Source of the DNA: Deltaproteobacteria bacterium
GTDB lineage: Bacteria > Myxococcota_A > Polyangia > Polyangiales > Houyiibacteriaceae
Reading direction: 5' to 3'
Length of the DNA: 64,000 nucleotides
Assembly (NCBI GenBank): GCA_034670305.1
Contig: JAXMNT010000018.1
Coordinates: 64,001-128,000 of the forward strand
The notes under the pieces are model-generated. The model was not told the origin of the DNA, ran no database searches, and saw only the letters and a list, made by a program, of their open reading frames with translations. Within the stretch, counting starts at the first letter, position 1. Each line of letters starts with the position of its first letter. A program made the position numbers and the translations under genes. Positions 39,223-49,257 of the stretch are shown here, in pieces.

Positions 39223-40017
39223 GTGGGTGCGGACCGGGGCCAGCTCGGGTGGTTGCACCGGGAGGTTGGAACCGGAGGGGTTGCCGGCAGGTCTACCGAT
39301 GAGGTCACCGGGAGATGGACCGGATGCCAAACCGGGGCCCGCGGGCAAGAAAACCGGGCGTTTACCGGGTACGTTGCTGATGTGGCGAAGGCAGTCGGGA
39401 GTGATGTGGCGGGGGCGGTGTACGAACAGCGTTTCCTGCGGCCGTGGTTTCAGGACGCGTGGTTGGGGTGGCTTCTGGCGACCCTCACAACGACTTCCGA
39501 GTACATCGTCCACGAGGCCGACCAGGCCCGCCGGCGTCGGGTTGGAGTTCGTCCGCGGAAGGACAGGGCGCTCCCGCCTTGGGCGGCGGTGGGGATTGAG
39601 CGTTTCGGTCCAATCCTCCCTGAGCTTGGGGTGGCGGCGCGGGCGGCAGCCGGCGTTGGGGAAGTGGAGGTCTTTGCCAAGGACCCGACGGTGCCCGATG
39701 AGGTTGTGGCCGATGCCGCGGCTGTCGTGTTTGAAAAGAAGGCGGCCAAGGTCGCGCTAAGCGCGTTTTACGAGGGCGTATTCTTGGTCGTGGACGGCCG
39801 CGGCGAGGACTGCACTGCGGGACGGTTGGCGCTGCTGTCGGGTGCGGTAGGCCTGGAGGGGTACGACCGAATCGATCCGGTGCGGCGCCGGTGGGAAGAC
39901 CGGCTGGCGTCCTGGGTGGAGAGCCCGCTGGCTGGGATGGCGGAGGCCGAGGCGTTCCGAGCGCTGGGTCCCGAGGAGCTCGACCGACTCGCCGCTCGAT
40001 TGAGCATCGCGGAGTAG
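39223..40017 (+). CDS. hypothetical island protein (start uncertain)
   Basis: 264-aa ORF upstream of xis/int. Confidence 0.5.
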   Translation: MGADRGQLGWLHREVGTGGVAGRSTDEVTGRWTGCQTGARGQENRAFTGYVADVAKAVGSDVAGAVYEQRFLRPWFQDAWLGWLLATLTTTSEYIVHEADQARRRRVGVRPRKDRALPPWAAVGIERFGPILPELGVAARAAAGVGEVEVFAKDPTVPDEVVADAAAVVFEKKAAKVALSAFYEGVFLVVDGRGEDCTAGRLALLSGAVGLEGYDRIDPVRRRWEDRLASWVESPLAGMAEAEAFRALGPEELDRLAARLSIAE

Positions 40018-40191
40018 GAGATCTGCGTCGCGCGAGGACGTGGATGGAAAATCTCACGGCGCGAAGCCGACGCGATCCACCCGAACGTGGTGCTCGAACC
40101 ACCCGAAGACGACGTTCCAACCACCCGAAGTCGCTGCGCGCTGATTCCGGGCCGATGACGTCGCGACCATGATCCGCAGGTTCCTCGGGTC

Positions 40192-40728
40192 GTGGACGAA
40201 CCCCTCATGAGCACCGCCGATGTCGCGCGCTACCTGCGCTACGCCTCGCGAAGTGGGGTGCTGATGCTGGTCCAGCGGGGCCAGCTCGAGCCGTTCGGAC
40301 GACGAGGTCGGACGCTGCTCTTTCGGCGCAGCGACGTGGACGCTATGGTGAGGGCCGATCGTGCGAAGGCCTCTCGTGGCAGAGAGGAGCTTCGCCATGA
40401 AGCGAAACGAATTGGCAGGGAAACGGATCCTGCCCGGTCTTTGGAAACTCGGAGAGAGAACGTATCTGGTACGAGTCCAGGTCCAATCCCGGCGCCGAGT
40501 TCGGAGCCGAAAACGGGTCCTGGACAACGTGAGCCTGGCGGACGCGATCCGCTATCGGGACGCGCTGAAGGCGTCGCTGGTGACCCTCACGGCCAGCCCA
40601 CGGGAGGTGCTGCTGTCAGCGGCACCGGCACCGCTTGCACCTGTCGCGACGCCCTGCGAAGCGACGCACCTGGAGCTGGTCGGCACTTTCGCGAGCTCTT
40701 GGCTCGAGCGAAAGATTGCTCGGGGTGA
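40192..40728 (+). CDS. excisionase-like HTH protein overlapping the integrase
   Basis: LMSTADVARYLRY...LVQRGQL...GRTLLFRRSDVDAM (HTH_17-like). Confidence 0.75.
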   Translation: MDEPLMSTADVARYLRYASRSGVLMLVQRGQLEPFGRRGRTLLFRRSDVDAMVRADRAKASRGREELRHEAKRIGRETDPARSLETRRENVSGTSPGPIPAPSSEPKTGPGQREPGGRDPLSGRAEGVAGDPHGQPTGGAAVSGTGTACTCRDALRSDAPGAGRHFRELLARAKDCSG

Positions 40729-41572
40729 TCTCGCGGAGTCGACCGCCGATCGATACGCGGTTGCACTGGATCGGGTGAGCGACAGGATCTTGCAGTTGCC
40801 GCTCGATGTGGTGACGGATGAGATGATCGAGGCTTGGCTCATCGCGGCTCGCCGCGAAGGGTTCGAGCCAACCACGGTCAACGGCTGGCTCTCGGTGTTG
40901 CGACAGATGTTTGCTGCATCCCCGTTGGAGCAGAACCCGGCATCCAACGTGAAGCCGCTCAAGGTTCCGACGAACCTCGAGGAGCCGAACGCATTGCCTC
41001 CGGAGGAACTGAAGCGATTGCTTCGGGCACTCCGGGACATCGACCCGACCCTCGAGTCGATGGCTTGGGTGCTGGCGCTCACCGGCATGCGCTGGCAAGA
41101 GGTGAGCGCACTCTACGTGACCGACCTCGACTTCAAACGAGGCGTTATCCTGATCCGGCGCAAAGTGAGCCGAGGAAAGATCGTGCCCACGACGAAGACG
41201 AACAAGGCGCGGACGGTGGGCCTTCCTCCGGTTCTCGCGGGGCTGTTCGAGGCTCAGCAAACGCGCAGGTCGGAGGACGGCTACACCGGGCCGTTGGTGT
41301 TCCCGTCATCGGTCGGCAAGCCCATCCTCAACTCGCGGATGAGCTCGGCGATGAAGAAGGCACGTGAGCGCGCTGGGATCTCCCAGACCTTTACGAGCCA
41401 CGGATTCCGCCGGTCGGTGACCGACATGCTCCGGCAGTCCGGGGTCGATTCAACGACCTCGGCGGCCATCATCGGCCACGACACCGAGCGCATGCGCCGT
41501 CACTACTCGACGGTCGATCCCAGGGAGGTCCTTGCGGCCTCCGAGAAGCTCGCAGAGCTGCTCGAAGGGTGA
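40397..41572 (+). CDS. int: tyrosine recombinase/integrase
   Basis: TGMRWQE (R), TTKT (K), HGFRR (HxxR), IGH, RRHY (Y); SD GAGGAG. Confidence 0.95.
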   Translation: MKRNELAGKRILPGLWKLGERTYLVRVQVQSRRRVRSRKRVLDNVSLADAIRYRDALKASLVTLTASPREVLLSAAPAPLAPVATPCEATHLELVGTFASSWLERKIARGDLAESTADRYAVALDRVSDRILQLPLDVVTDEMIEAWLIAARREGFEPTTVNGWLSVLRQMFAASPLEQNPASNVKPLKVPTNLEEPNALPPEELKRLLRALRDIDPTLESMAWVLALTGMRWQEVSALYVTDLDFKRGVILIRRKVSRGKIVPTTKTNKARTVGLPPVLAGLFEAQQTRRSEDGYTGPLVFPSSVGKPILNSRMSSAMKKARERAGISQTFTSHGFRRSVTDMLRQSGVDSTTSAAIIGHDTERMRRHYSTVDPREVLAASEKLAELLEG

Positions 41573-41584
41573 GTGCAAAACCGT

Positions 41585-41620
41585 CGGGGGACTGGCCGGG
41601 GGACTGGCCGGGGGACTGGC
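41585..41620. repeat. 12-bp tandem repeat CGGGGGACTGGC x3 (candidate integrase arm sites)
   Basis: Two copies in the relic (24877-24899); inverted CAGTCCCCCG at 25154-25163. Confidence 0.7.
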
Positions 41621-41663
41621 CTCAGTCCACCGCGCGAAGTTCGGGCCCCTGCCAGATACGAGT

Positions 41664-41692
41664 GAGGCCGGTCTCCTGTTGGAGCCGGCCTC
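41664..41692. terminator. hairpin between converging int and tRNA
   Basis: GAGGCCGGTCTCC-tgtt-GGAGCCGGCCTC. Confidence 0.55.
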
Positions 41693-41741
41693 TGGAAACG
41701 CTTGAAATCTAGTGCTTATGGAGCAGCTGGACTTCGGGTTG

Positions 41742-41818
<77 letters not shown>

Positions 41819-42032
41819 AAAATGCCTCTCGGCGACGGGCTAGATACGACCGCCGAAGAGCGCTGTCAAGCGCCGACCGCCTGGGAAGTGTCCGGTCCTG
41901 GCCGAGCATGGAAGAGCGGCCTGCGGGGCAGGCGCTGTGGTCGTGCATCCGCGTTCCGGGACTTTCCGAAAACCATGGCCCTCGATACGCTGCCGGATGG
42001 GTTGGTTGGGACGGCAGCTCGGGGGTGGCGCA

Positions 42033-44033
42033 GTGCGCGCGGCTTCGCTCCTCACGTTGGTCTGTGCATGCGTCCTCGTCGCGGTGGCTTCCGGTCGGGC
42101 GGCGGCGCATTTCCTCGACGAACATGCCGACTTCACAGCGGCGGGGTCGAACACCCACGACCCCTCCGTCGCCCTCGACGACGCGGGCGACCGGCTGGTG
42201 CTGGGCGCGCCCGGCGCGGTGCCTAGGACCGTGGGGGCGACGCGCGGTCAGGTGACCATCCTCGTCCGGAGCGGCGCGTCGTGGAGTACCGAAGCGGCGC
42301 TCGATGGGAACACGGCTTCGTCCGATGCCTTCTCGGGTGCGTCGGTTGCGATCGATGGCGCCGGCGACCGGGTGGCGGCGGGCGGGCCCGGCGGCGCGGG
42401 TCACGTGCGCGTGTTCGTTCGCAGCGGCAGCGCGTGGAGCGAAGAGACCACGCTGCGGCCGTCCGAGGCATCCGGCGGCTTCGGCAAGCGTGTGGCGTTG
42501 AGCAACGACGGCAGTCTGCTGGCGGTGGGGTGGTCAACGGTCCAGCGGGTCGACGTCTACACGCGCACCGGATCGAGCTGGTCGCTCGGCGCGACGCTCA
42601 CGCCTTCGGTGTCGAGCCTGGAGTTCGGCCACGCGCTCGCTGTGTCCAACGACGGGTCACGCATCTTCGTCGGCGCGGCGTTCCCTCAACGGGTGTTCGA
42701 CTTCACGTTCGATGGCGTGGACTGGAACGAAACGGCGATCGTCCGGCCGGTCTCGCGGCGGATCGACTTCGGTCAGAGCCTCGCGGTGGATGGCACGAAC
42801 TCGAGGCTGGTCGTTGGTGCGCGTGGTTCGGTGACCCAGTTCGACTGGGACGGCGCGGCGTGGATCGAGTCGGAGGTCTTGGCCGGGGACGATGGCTTCG
42901 GCGCGGCGGTCGCGCTCTCGGCGGACGGCATGCAGCTCGCGGTCGGCGCGCCCGAGGTGGTCCCGACCGGACGGGTGTTCACCTACGTGCGGTCCGGCGA
43001 CGCGTGGATCGACGACGGCCGACCGGTGGGCGGCATCCGGGTCGATCCGATGGGCGCGTCGGTGGCGTTCGCGCGGGTCAGCGTGGACTGGTTGCTCGCG
43101 GGTGGGGTGCGGGAGGCCGACGACGGCTCGGGCGGCGCGATGCTCTTCGGCCGGGTCGGCCACGAGTGCACCGACGCGGGCCCCTGCCCGACCGGCCACT
43201 GCACCGAAGGCGTGTGTTGCACCGATGCGTGCGGCGAGGCGTGCGAGACGTGCCTGCCGACCGGCTCTCTCCCGGGGGCGTGCGGTACGTTCAGCCTGGC
43301 CGACGCGGTCGTCTGCTTTCCGGACACCGGTCCCTGCCACCCGGCGGTGACGTGCCGGCCGTTTCGCCGCACTTGTCCGCCCGACGCGTTCGCGCCGGCG
43401 GGGACCGTCTGCCGCGACGCCGCGGGCGCATGCGATCGGGACGAGGTCTGCGACGGCAGCACCGACGTGTGTCCGGCGGATGTCTGGTTTCCCGCGGCGT
43501 CCGTGTGCCGCCCAGCGACCGGGACGTGCGACGCGGAAGAGTTGTGCGACGGGGTGGCCGTCGACTGTCCAGTGGACGATGTGAGGGCCACCGGGGAGGT
43601 GTGTCGCGCGTCGACTGGCGGGGTGTGCGACGTCGAAGAAGTCTGCGACGGAGTCTCCACGACCTGCCCAGACGATGTGCCGATGTGCATCGACGCGGGA
43701 CCGCGCGACGCCGGAGTGAGCGACGCAGGTGCGAGCGATGCCGCCGTGGACGACGCGGGTTCGAGCGATGCGGGCTCGGTCGACGCCGGCATGGACGCCG
43801 GTTCGAGCGACGCGGGCTCGGGTGACGCTGGTCTCGGTGACGCTGGTTTCGGTGACGCCAGTGTGGACGACGCAGGCGCTGCGACCGACGCAGGCGCCGA
43901 CGCGTGGCGTACCGAAGGCGACGCTGGACACGTCGATGGACCGACCGCCGGGTGTGGTTGTCGAACGGGCTCGGGCGCGTCTCTGGGGTGGTTCGCGCTG
44001 CTGCTCGGTGTGCTCGCGCGTCGCCGTCGCTGA
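42033..44033 (+). CDS. surface protein: FG-GAP propeller, disintegrin-like Cys repeats, DAG linker, MYXO-CTERM
   Basis: FG.AVALS.DG..LAVGAP repeats; CR.A.G.CD..E.CDG....CP.D x3; GCGC...TM-RRRR. Confidence 0.85.
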   Translation: MRAASLLTLVCACVLVAVASGRAAAHFLDEHADFTAAGSNTHDPSVALDDAGDRLVLGAPGAVPRTVGATRGQVTILVRSGASWSTEAALDGNTASSDAFSGASVAIDGAGDRVAAGGPGGAGHVRVFVRSGSAWSEETTLRPSEASGGFGKRVALSNDGSLLAVGWSTVQRVDVYTRTGSSWSLGATLTPSVSSLEFGHALAVSNDGSRIFVGAAFPQRVFDFTFDGVDWNETAIVRPVSRRIDFGQSLAVDGTNSRLVVGARGSVTQFDWDGAAWIESEVLAGDDGFGAAVALSADGMQLAVGAPEVVPTGRVFTYVRSGDAWIDDGRPVGGIRVDPMGASVAFARVSVDWLLAGGVREADDGSGGAMLFGRVGHECTDAGPCPTGHCTEGVCCTDACGEACETCLPTGSLPGACGTFSLADAVVCFPDTGPCHPAVTCRPFRRTCPPDAFAPAGTVCRDAAGACDRDEVCDGSTDVCPADVWFPAASVCRPATGTCDAEELCDGVAVDCPVDDVRATGEVCRASTGGVCDVEEVCDGVSTTCPDDVPMCIDAGPRDAGVSDAGASDAAVDDAGSSDAGSVDAGMDAGSSDAGSGDAGLGDAGFGDASVDDAGAATDAGADAWRTEGDAGHVDGPTAGCGCRTGSGASLGWFALLLGVLARRRR

Positions 44034-44084
44034 CCCTACGCGCGCGCGTGAGGTGGGCACGCTGTGTCGCGATCGCGCGCGACT

Positions 44085-44200
44085 TCGAAGACACACCGCG
44101 ACTCGAACACCACACCGCGATTCATCGAGGACAGCACCGCGATTCGAGGACAGCACCGCGATTCGAGGACAGCACCGCGATTCGAGGACAGCACCGCTAT
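44085..44200. repeat. 19-bp tandem repeat TCGAGGACAGCACCGCGAT (4 near-perfect plus 2 degenerate copies)
   Basis: Units at 44125, 44144, 44163, 44182; no spacers. Confidence 0.9.
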
Positions 44201-44271
44201 TCGTCGAAGACCGCAGCGCGGTGCGGTCGTCTTTCAGGGCACGGAGGGGGCCGGCGCTGGTACCGTGGGGC

Positions 44272-45090
44272 ATGCGCTTTCTCTTCGTTGGGCTGTTCGT
44301 CGCGTCGGTGGGTTGCGGGTCGAGTGGAGCCTCCGCCCCGAGCCAAGAAACCTCCGCAGGCGCCTCTGAGTCAGGCACCCTGGTCGTCGCCGAACCGGTC
44401 GCCGAGCCTCTCGAGTGCGTGGTCGTCACCGACACGAGCAACGAGGACATCTTCGGCTCCGAGACGACCTGGCGCCAAGACGCCGAAGGCCGCTGGACGC
44501 GCTACTCCATCGTCTCGGATGGGCCCGTGCTCGGTGCCAGCTGGCGCTACGAAGGCGACTCGGTGTTCGTTCAAGAAGACGAGGACGAAGTCGGTCATGG
44601 AGCGCCGGAGAGCCGGCTCTCGGCGGTCCGCGGAGCCGATGAGATCGTCGTCGAGTACGCCCGCGAGTTCGGTTCCTACACGCTCACGGTCCAGCTCGAC
44701 GCCCAGGGTCGTCCGATCGGGTACGACGTCACCGAGGAGGGGGAGTGGCTGCGCGGTGGCCGCTGCGAACGCGACGCGGCGGGCCACCTGACCCAGGTTC
44801 GTTCCGTGGTGTCGCCGGAACCGAACGCCGAGTCGGAGGACCAGACCGACTACGAGTACGACGACGGCGGTCGACTCGTCTCCTATGTGCGCACGAGGGC
44901 CCGCCCGGTCCGCGCCACCGTTCGGTACGAAGAGAACGCCGTGGTCGTCGCACAGACCCTGGACGACGAAGACATGGGCGAAATCACCTTCACCACGACC
45001 CACCCCGGCCCTTGCCGCCGGCTCGCCGAACCCCGCTGCGTCATCGACTCGGCGCTGCCGCCGGGCTGGCTCGACCGCGTCGGACGCTGA
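44272..45090 (+). CDS. hypothetical lipoprotein with YD-like hairpins
   Basis: Lipobox SVGC; YEYDDGGRLVSY. Confidence 0.7.
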   Translation: MRFLFVGLFVASVGCGSSGASAPSQETSAGASESGTLVVAEPVAEPLECVVVTDTSNEDIFGSETTWRQDAEGRWTRYSIVSDGPVLGASWRYEGDSVFVQEDEDEVGHGAPESRLSAVRGADEIVVEYAREFGSYTLTVQLDAQGRPIGYDVTEEGEWLRGGRCERDAAGHLTQVRSVVSPEPNAESEDQTDYEYDDGGRLVSYVRTRARPVRATVRYEENAVVVAQTLDDEDMGEITFTTTHPGPCRRLAEPRCVIDSALPPGWLDRVGR

Positions 45091-45150
45091 CGCGATCCGC
45101 GATCCGCCGCACCGCACGCGAAGATTTTCGCGCGTGCTCGGACCGGACCG

Positions 45151-46140
45151 TCAGGCGAACTTGAGCGTGTAGGTCATCGAGTGGCCAATGCGCTCGGAGA
45201 ACTGGCGCACGGACTTGGACGCCATGCGGGCGCTGATCGGGACCGGGATCAAGGTCGTCAGGAACGCGGGCAAGCTCGGGCGTTCGCCGCGGAGGATGCG
45301 CAGGCGGCCCGGCGGGGTGTAGTCCACGCGGGCTTGGAGGTTGCCGGTGGTCTTCAGGAAGTCGTGCAGATCCCGGAAGAGAATGAACGCGGTGTCGTTG
45401 GCGTGGGTCGGCCAGTTGGCCACCGGCAAGAAGTCCACGAGGTGGATGAGCTGGTAGTTCAGCTGGATGAAGAAGTCTTCGCCGCTGAGGGACATCGGCT
45501 CGTTGTCGATGACTCGGTGGAAGTCGATGCGCTCGAGCTTCTCGAGGCGGTGCGCGTTGTCGCGGAGCTCGGCGCGCATGGGCAGGTCGTAGAGGAGGCG
45601 CAGAATGGAGGGGAACGCGGCGATGTGGTTCCACTCGAACTCGGTGAGGTGTTCGCGGAGCGCGGGGATCTTGTCCGCGGTCATCGCGAAGGTGTTCGTG
45701 CCGGTGCCGAGGATGGAGTGCAGCAGGGAGACGAGCGGGGACTGCTCCGGGTAGTGGAGCGCCGAGTACTCGAAGCAGAAGTAGAGGTGGTCGAGGAACG
45801 AGCCGTCGGCATGCTCGACGTCGAAGTCGCACTCGTCGACGAGGAACGCGATGAGGTCCTTCGAGACTTCGGGCAGCTCGTGTTTCGCGCGCGCCTTGTC
45901 GTATTCGGCTTTGACGCGGGCGGCTTCGGCTGCGTCCCAGTGAGGCTCTTTGCCGATGCGCGTCTTCATCACGTAGCGCGCCGCTTTGCCTTCGAGCGTC
46001 TGGAAGATCGTGCGATCGAGATCGAAGTTCGGGATGGGCTTGATCCGGACGCGGCCGGCGTGGTCCATCGCCCGACCATGGGCGATGGCGGCCTTGCGAA
46101 GGATGGTCGGGTCGGGCCGCTCGGCAGCACTCTGTTTCAT
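45151..46140 (-). CDS. DUF6817-like (HD-related) protein
   Basis: EHADGSFLDHL ... LLHSILGT. Confidence 0.6.
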   Translation of the reverse strand: MKQSAAERPDPTILRKAAIAHGRAMDHAGRVRIKPIPNFDLDRTIFQTLEGKAARYVMKTRIGKEPHWDAAEAARVKAEYDKARAKHELPEVSKDLIAFLVDECDFDVEHADGSFLDHLYFCFEYSALHYPEQSPLVSLLHSILGTGTNTFAMTADKIPALREHLTEFEWNHIAAFPSILRLLYDLPMRAELRDNAHRLEKLERIDFHRVIDNEPMSLSGEDFFIQLNYQLIHLVDFLPVANWPTHANDTAFILFRDLHDFLKTTGNLQARVDYTPPGRLRILRGERPSLPAFLTTLIPVPISARMASKSVRQFSERIGHSMTYTLKFA

Positions 46141-46243
46141 GCCGATGCCCTAGCACACCCCGGTCGCAGGAGGCAGCCGAGGGGCCCACATCGGCCCGTG
46201 CCCCCGCCCGCGCCCCTGCCCGCTGACTCTGCGCTCCAGCGTT

Positions 46244-46735
46244 TCAGCTGAACGGCGCAGGGACCGGCCGAGTCACTTCGGCTGCACGTGTCGTGCGCCG
46301 GTGTGCTTTGGCCGGGATGAGGGGGCGGACCTTGCCGAGGCCGAATGGCGGCATGTGGTGGTAGAGGCTCTCGGATGCGCCGGGCTCGACGACGTAGGTC
46401 TCGTGCCAGATGCCCATCGCGCCGGTGCTCCACTTCTTGATCCACGCGCGCCAGCCCTTCATGTGTTCCCGGTCGCGGGCGCGGGCGTAGCGCTGGAGGT
46501 GTTCGAGCGAACGCCAGTACTGGACCATCAGGGTGGTGCGGCCGCCGTACGCTTCGAACCCGAGCAGGCCCGCTTCGGGGTCCGCGGCGAGCTCCTTCAA
46601 GATCCGCTGCATCGTGCGGGCGACGCCCCACACGATGGGAATGTTCCACCAGCGGTTGGCGCGTGCGCCGATCAAGAAGACCACCAAGCCTTCGTCGTTG
46701 GCCACGGTCATTCGTTCGCTTCGTACCTCGGTCAT
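46244..46735 (-). CDS. DUF4188 (monooxygenase/dehydratase-like) protein
   Basis: [38 protein letters not shown]. Confidence 0.85.
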   Translation of the reverse strand: MTEVRSERMTVANDEGLVVFLIGARANRWWNIPIVWGVARTMQRILKELAADPEAGLLGFEAYGGRTTLMVQYWRSLEHLQRYARARDREHMKGWRAWIKKWSTGAMGIWHETYVVEPGASESLYHHMPPFGLGKVRPLIPAKAHRRTTRAAEVTRPVPAPFS

Positions 46736-46803
46736 TGGGGCCTCCATTCCTCTGGGGAAGGTGTTTGGCACCGCGGCTCGTTGGTTCGCGCTGCCGGTTC
46801 TCA

Positions 46804-46849
46804 ATGTTGACATCGACAACATGTCGTTTGAAGTTGCCAGTGTCAACAT
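46804..46849. promoter_or_regulatory. tandem TetR-type operators
   Basis: ATGTTGACATCGACAACAT (46804-46822) and AAGTTGCCAGTGTCAACAT (46831-46849) between the divergent genes. Confidence 0.75.
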
Positions 46850-46869
46850 CGGAGCGCACGATTGTCGTG

Positions 46870-47694
46870 ATGGCTCGGAACTCAGATGGCTCGGGGAAGT
46901 CCAGGGCGACGAAATCGAAGGCTTCGAGCGCGAAGGCGAAGGCGTCGAAACCGGCGACGAAGGCGACTTCGAAACCGAAGCCGAAGGCGACGCCGAGGCC
47001 GACGCCGACGCCGAAGCCGAAGCCGACGCCGAAGCCGAAGCCGACGCCGAAGCCGAAGCCGAAGCCGAAGCCGACGCCGAAGCCGAAGCCGAAGCCGAAG
47101 CCGAAGCCGAAGCCGAAGGCGAAGGCGTCTGCCGCCTACCACCACGGCGACCTCAGGGCTGCGCTGCTCGACGCGGCGCTCGAGGCGATCGCGGAGCGTG
47201 GGGTGGTGGGGCTCAGTCTTCGGGATTGTGCCCGGCGGCTGGGGGTGAGCCACGCGGCCCCCTACCGACACTTTCCGGACAAGGACGCACTGCTGGTGGC
47301 GATCACCGAGCAGGGCTTCGGTATGTTGATCGAGGAGGCGTCGGAGGCCATGGCGGCGCACACCGAACCAGAGGCGCGGCTGGACGCGTACGGCGTGGCC
47401 TACGTGGAGTTCGCGGTCGCCCACCCTGCCCACCACCGGGTGATGTTCACTGGCAAGCTCGATGGGCCGAAGAACCCCGAGGAGAGCCCGAACGCGGTCC
47501 GCGCCTTCGAACTGCTCGTCGAGGGTGCCGCACCTTTGGTGCCCGCGGGCGAAGATCCCGTTGCGGCCGCGTTTGCGTTCTGGAGTCTGGTGCACGGCAT
47601 CTCGATGCTCGTGCTGGACGGCCGGGTCCCGGAGGAACACCTCGGGGACATCGAAGCGCTGGTGCGCAACAGCTTCGCGTACTGGCGCGCGTAG
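46870..47694 (+). CDS. TetR/AcrR regulator (WHG-type) with a Lys/Pro-repeat N-terminal tail
   Basis: [38 protein letters not shown]; (KP/TP)n tail. Confidence 0.9.
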   Translation: MARNSDGSGKSRATKSKASSAKAKASKPATKATSKPKPKATPRPTPTPKPKPTPKPKPTPKPKPKPKPTPKPKPKPKPKPKPKAKASAAYHHGDLRAALLDAALEAIAERGVVGLSLRDCARRLGVSHAAPYRHFPDKDALLVAITEQGFGMLIEEASEAMAAHTEPEARLDAYGVAYVEFAVAHPAHHRVMFTGKLDGPKNPEESPNAVRAFELLVEGAAPLVPAGEDPVAAAFAFWSLVHGISMLVLDGRVPEEHLGDIEALVRNSFAYWRA

Positions 47695-47825
47695 AACGGC
47701 GTCGTGCGTAAGCAGGGAAGACGCATGGGCCGAGATCGAAGGGCGTGACTTCGAGCACTGGAATCACACTGGGTGTCGCGAGGTGCGGAAGTCGGACGGC
47801 ACCCCAAGCCCGTCGATGACATTCC

Positions 47826-47862
47826 AAAAGAAACGCCCCGGGCGCGATGGGCCCGAGGCGTT
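47826..47862 (-). terminator. intrinsic terminator
   Basis: AACGCCTCGGGC...GCCCGGGGCGTT followed by TCTTTT on the minus strand. Confidence 0.7.
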
Positions 47863-47897
47863 CAGGGTGGTGAACCGAGAGGAATCGAGGAACGTGT

Positions 47898-49193
47898 TCA
47901 GCAGGGGCCTTCGTGCTGCACGGAGATGCCGGCAGAGGTCGCCTGGCCCGCACAGTCGTAGGTCACCTCGTCGCAGCCGCAGACCTGCGGTTCGGTGTCC
48001 ATGCAGGGAAGGCCGGGCGGGATGGGTCCGCACTCGCCCGGTCCGCCGCACATGCCGTCGGGGAAGAAGCAGTACTGGTCGCCGCATTCGGCGGTCGAGA
48101 AGCAGCCCTCCGCACAATCGCGGTGGTCTTCTTCGCAGGTCTCGAACGAGCGGTAGAGCAAGCTGCAGTCCGCGCCCACGCACTCGCATCCGGAGATCGA
48201 CTCGCAGGTCGCGCCGTTCCACACGATGCCGAGCGGGAGTGCGCACTCACCTTCCGGCGCGGCCTCCATGGCATCGCAACTCGGCGCAGGTCCGCAGCGG
48301 CCCTCGTGGTCGATCGAGATGCCGTTCGACGTGGCCTGTCCGTGGCAGTCGTAGGTGACTCCGTCGCAACCACACACCTCGGCATCCGAAGGACCGCAGG
48401 GGAGGCTCGGGGGGATGGGGCTGCATTCGCCTGGGCCGCCGCAGACGCCCTCCGCGAAGTAGCAGATGTCTCCGCCGCAATCGTCGTCCGAGTCACATCC
48501 CGTGGGTTCGATGCAGCTGGCGTAGTCGGCTTCGCACGCGGCGACGCTCTCGTAGGCCGCGGCGCAGTCCGCGCCTTCGCAGTCGCAACCGGAGTAGGAC
48601 GTGCACGCGGTGCCGTTCCAGAAGATGCCGAACACCGCGGCGCACGCGCCGGTTCCGGTCGCGTCCTGGGCGGTGCATCCAGTCGGTGCGCAGCGGCCGT
48701 CGCGGTCGATCGACACGCCGGCGGAGATCGCGGCGGCGTCGCAGGCGTAGGTCTCCCCGTCGCACCCGCACACCGGCTCGGCGGCCGGGTCGCACGGAAG
48801 CGAGGGCGGGATGGGGCTGCAGGTGCCCGGCGCGCCGCAAGCTCCGTCGGGGAAGAAGCAGCTCTCGGTCGCCCCGCAGTCGGTGTCGCTCGAACACTCG
48901 ACGCAGGTGGTGAAGTCGGCTTCGCATTCGGCGATGGACGCGTAGAGATCGTCGCAGTCGTCGCCTTCGCATTCGCATCCGGAGATCGAGACGCAGGCGG
49001 TCCCGTTCCAGACGACGCCGAGCGGGAGGGCGCACTCGCCCGAGGGGCTGGCGTCCTGACCGAGGCAGCTGCGCGACCCGCGGGTCGTCTGCAGCACCGG
49101 GCCGGAGGTGACGCATCCGCTGACCGGGATGGCGACGAGGAAGGCGAAGGCCAACGCGGGCGCGACGCTCGAGGAGTGGGTGATCCGTTTCAT
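47898..49193 (-). CDS. Cys-rich lipoprotein with three Kazal-like repeat modules
   Basis: Lipobox VSGC; VCGCD..TY.C x3. Confidence 0.8.
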   Translation of the reverse strand: MKRITHSSSVAPALAFAFLVAIPVSGCVTSGPVLQTTRGSRSCLGQDASPSGECALPLGVVWNGTACVSISGCECEGDDCDDLYASIAECEADFTTCVECSSDTDCGATESCFFPDGACGAPGTCSPIPPSLPCDPAAEPVCGCDGETYACDAAAISAGVSIDRDGRCAPTGCTAQDATGTGACAAVFGIFWNGTACTSYSGCDCEGADCAAAYESVAACEADYASCIEPTGCDSDDDCGGDICYFAEGVCGGPGECSPIPPSLPCGPSDAEVCGCDGVTYDCHGQATSNGISIDHEGRCGPAPSCDAMEAAPEGECALPLGIVWNGATCESISGCECVGADCSLLYRSFETCEEDHRDCAEGCFSTAECGDQYCFFPDGMCGGPGECGPIPPGLPCMDTEPQVCGCDEVTYDCAGQATSAGISVQHEGPC

Positions 49194-49257
49194 GAAAAGT
49201 CAGTTCCGCGAGTCGGCTGGACCGGCTCAGCCGCACTCAAGAATTCGTTTGATGCGC

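Noticed and set aside
44085-44200. Possible CRISPR array
   Set aside because: Units are contiguous 19-mers with no unique spacers, and there are no cas genes in the window
47759-47826. Structured ncRNA (TGGAAT...ATTCCA ends with inner stem)
   Set aside because: Pairing is short and imperfect, with no recognisable family motif
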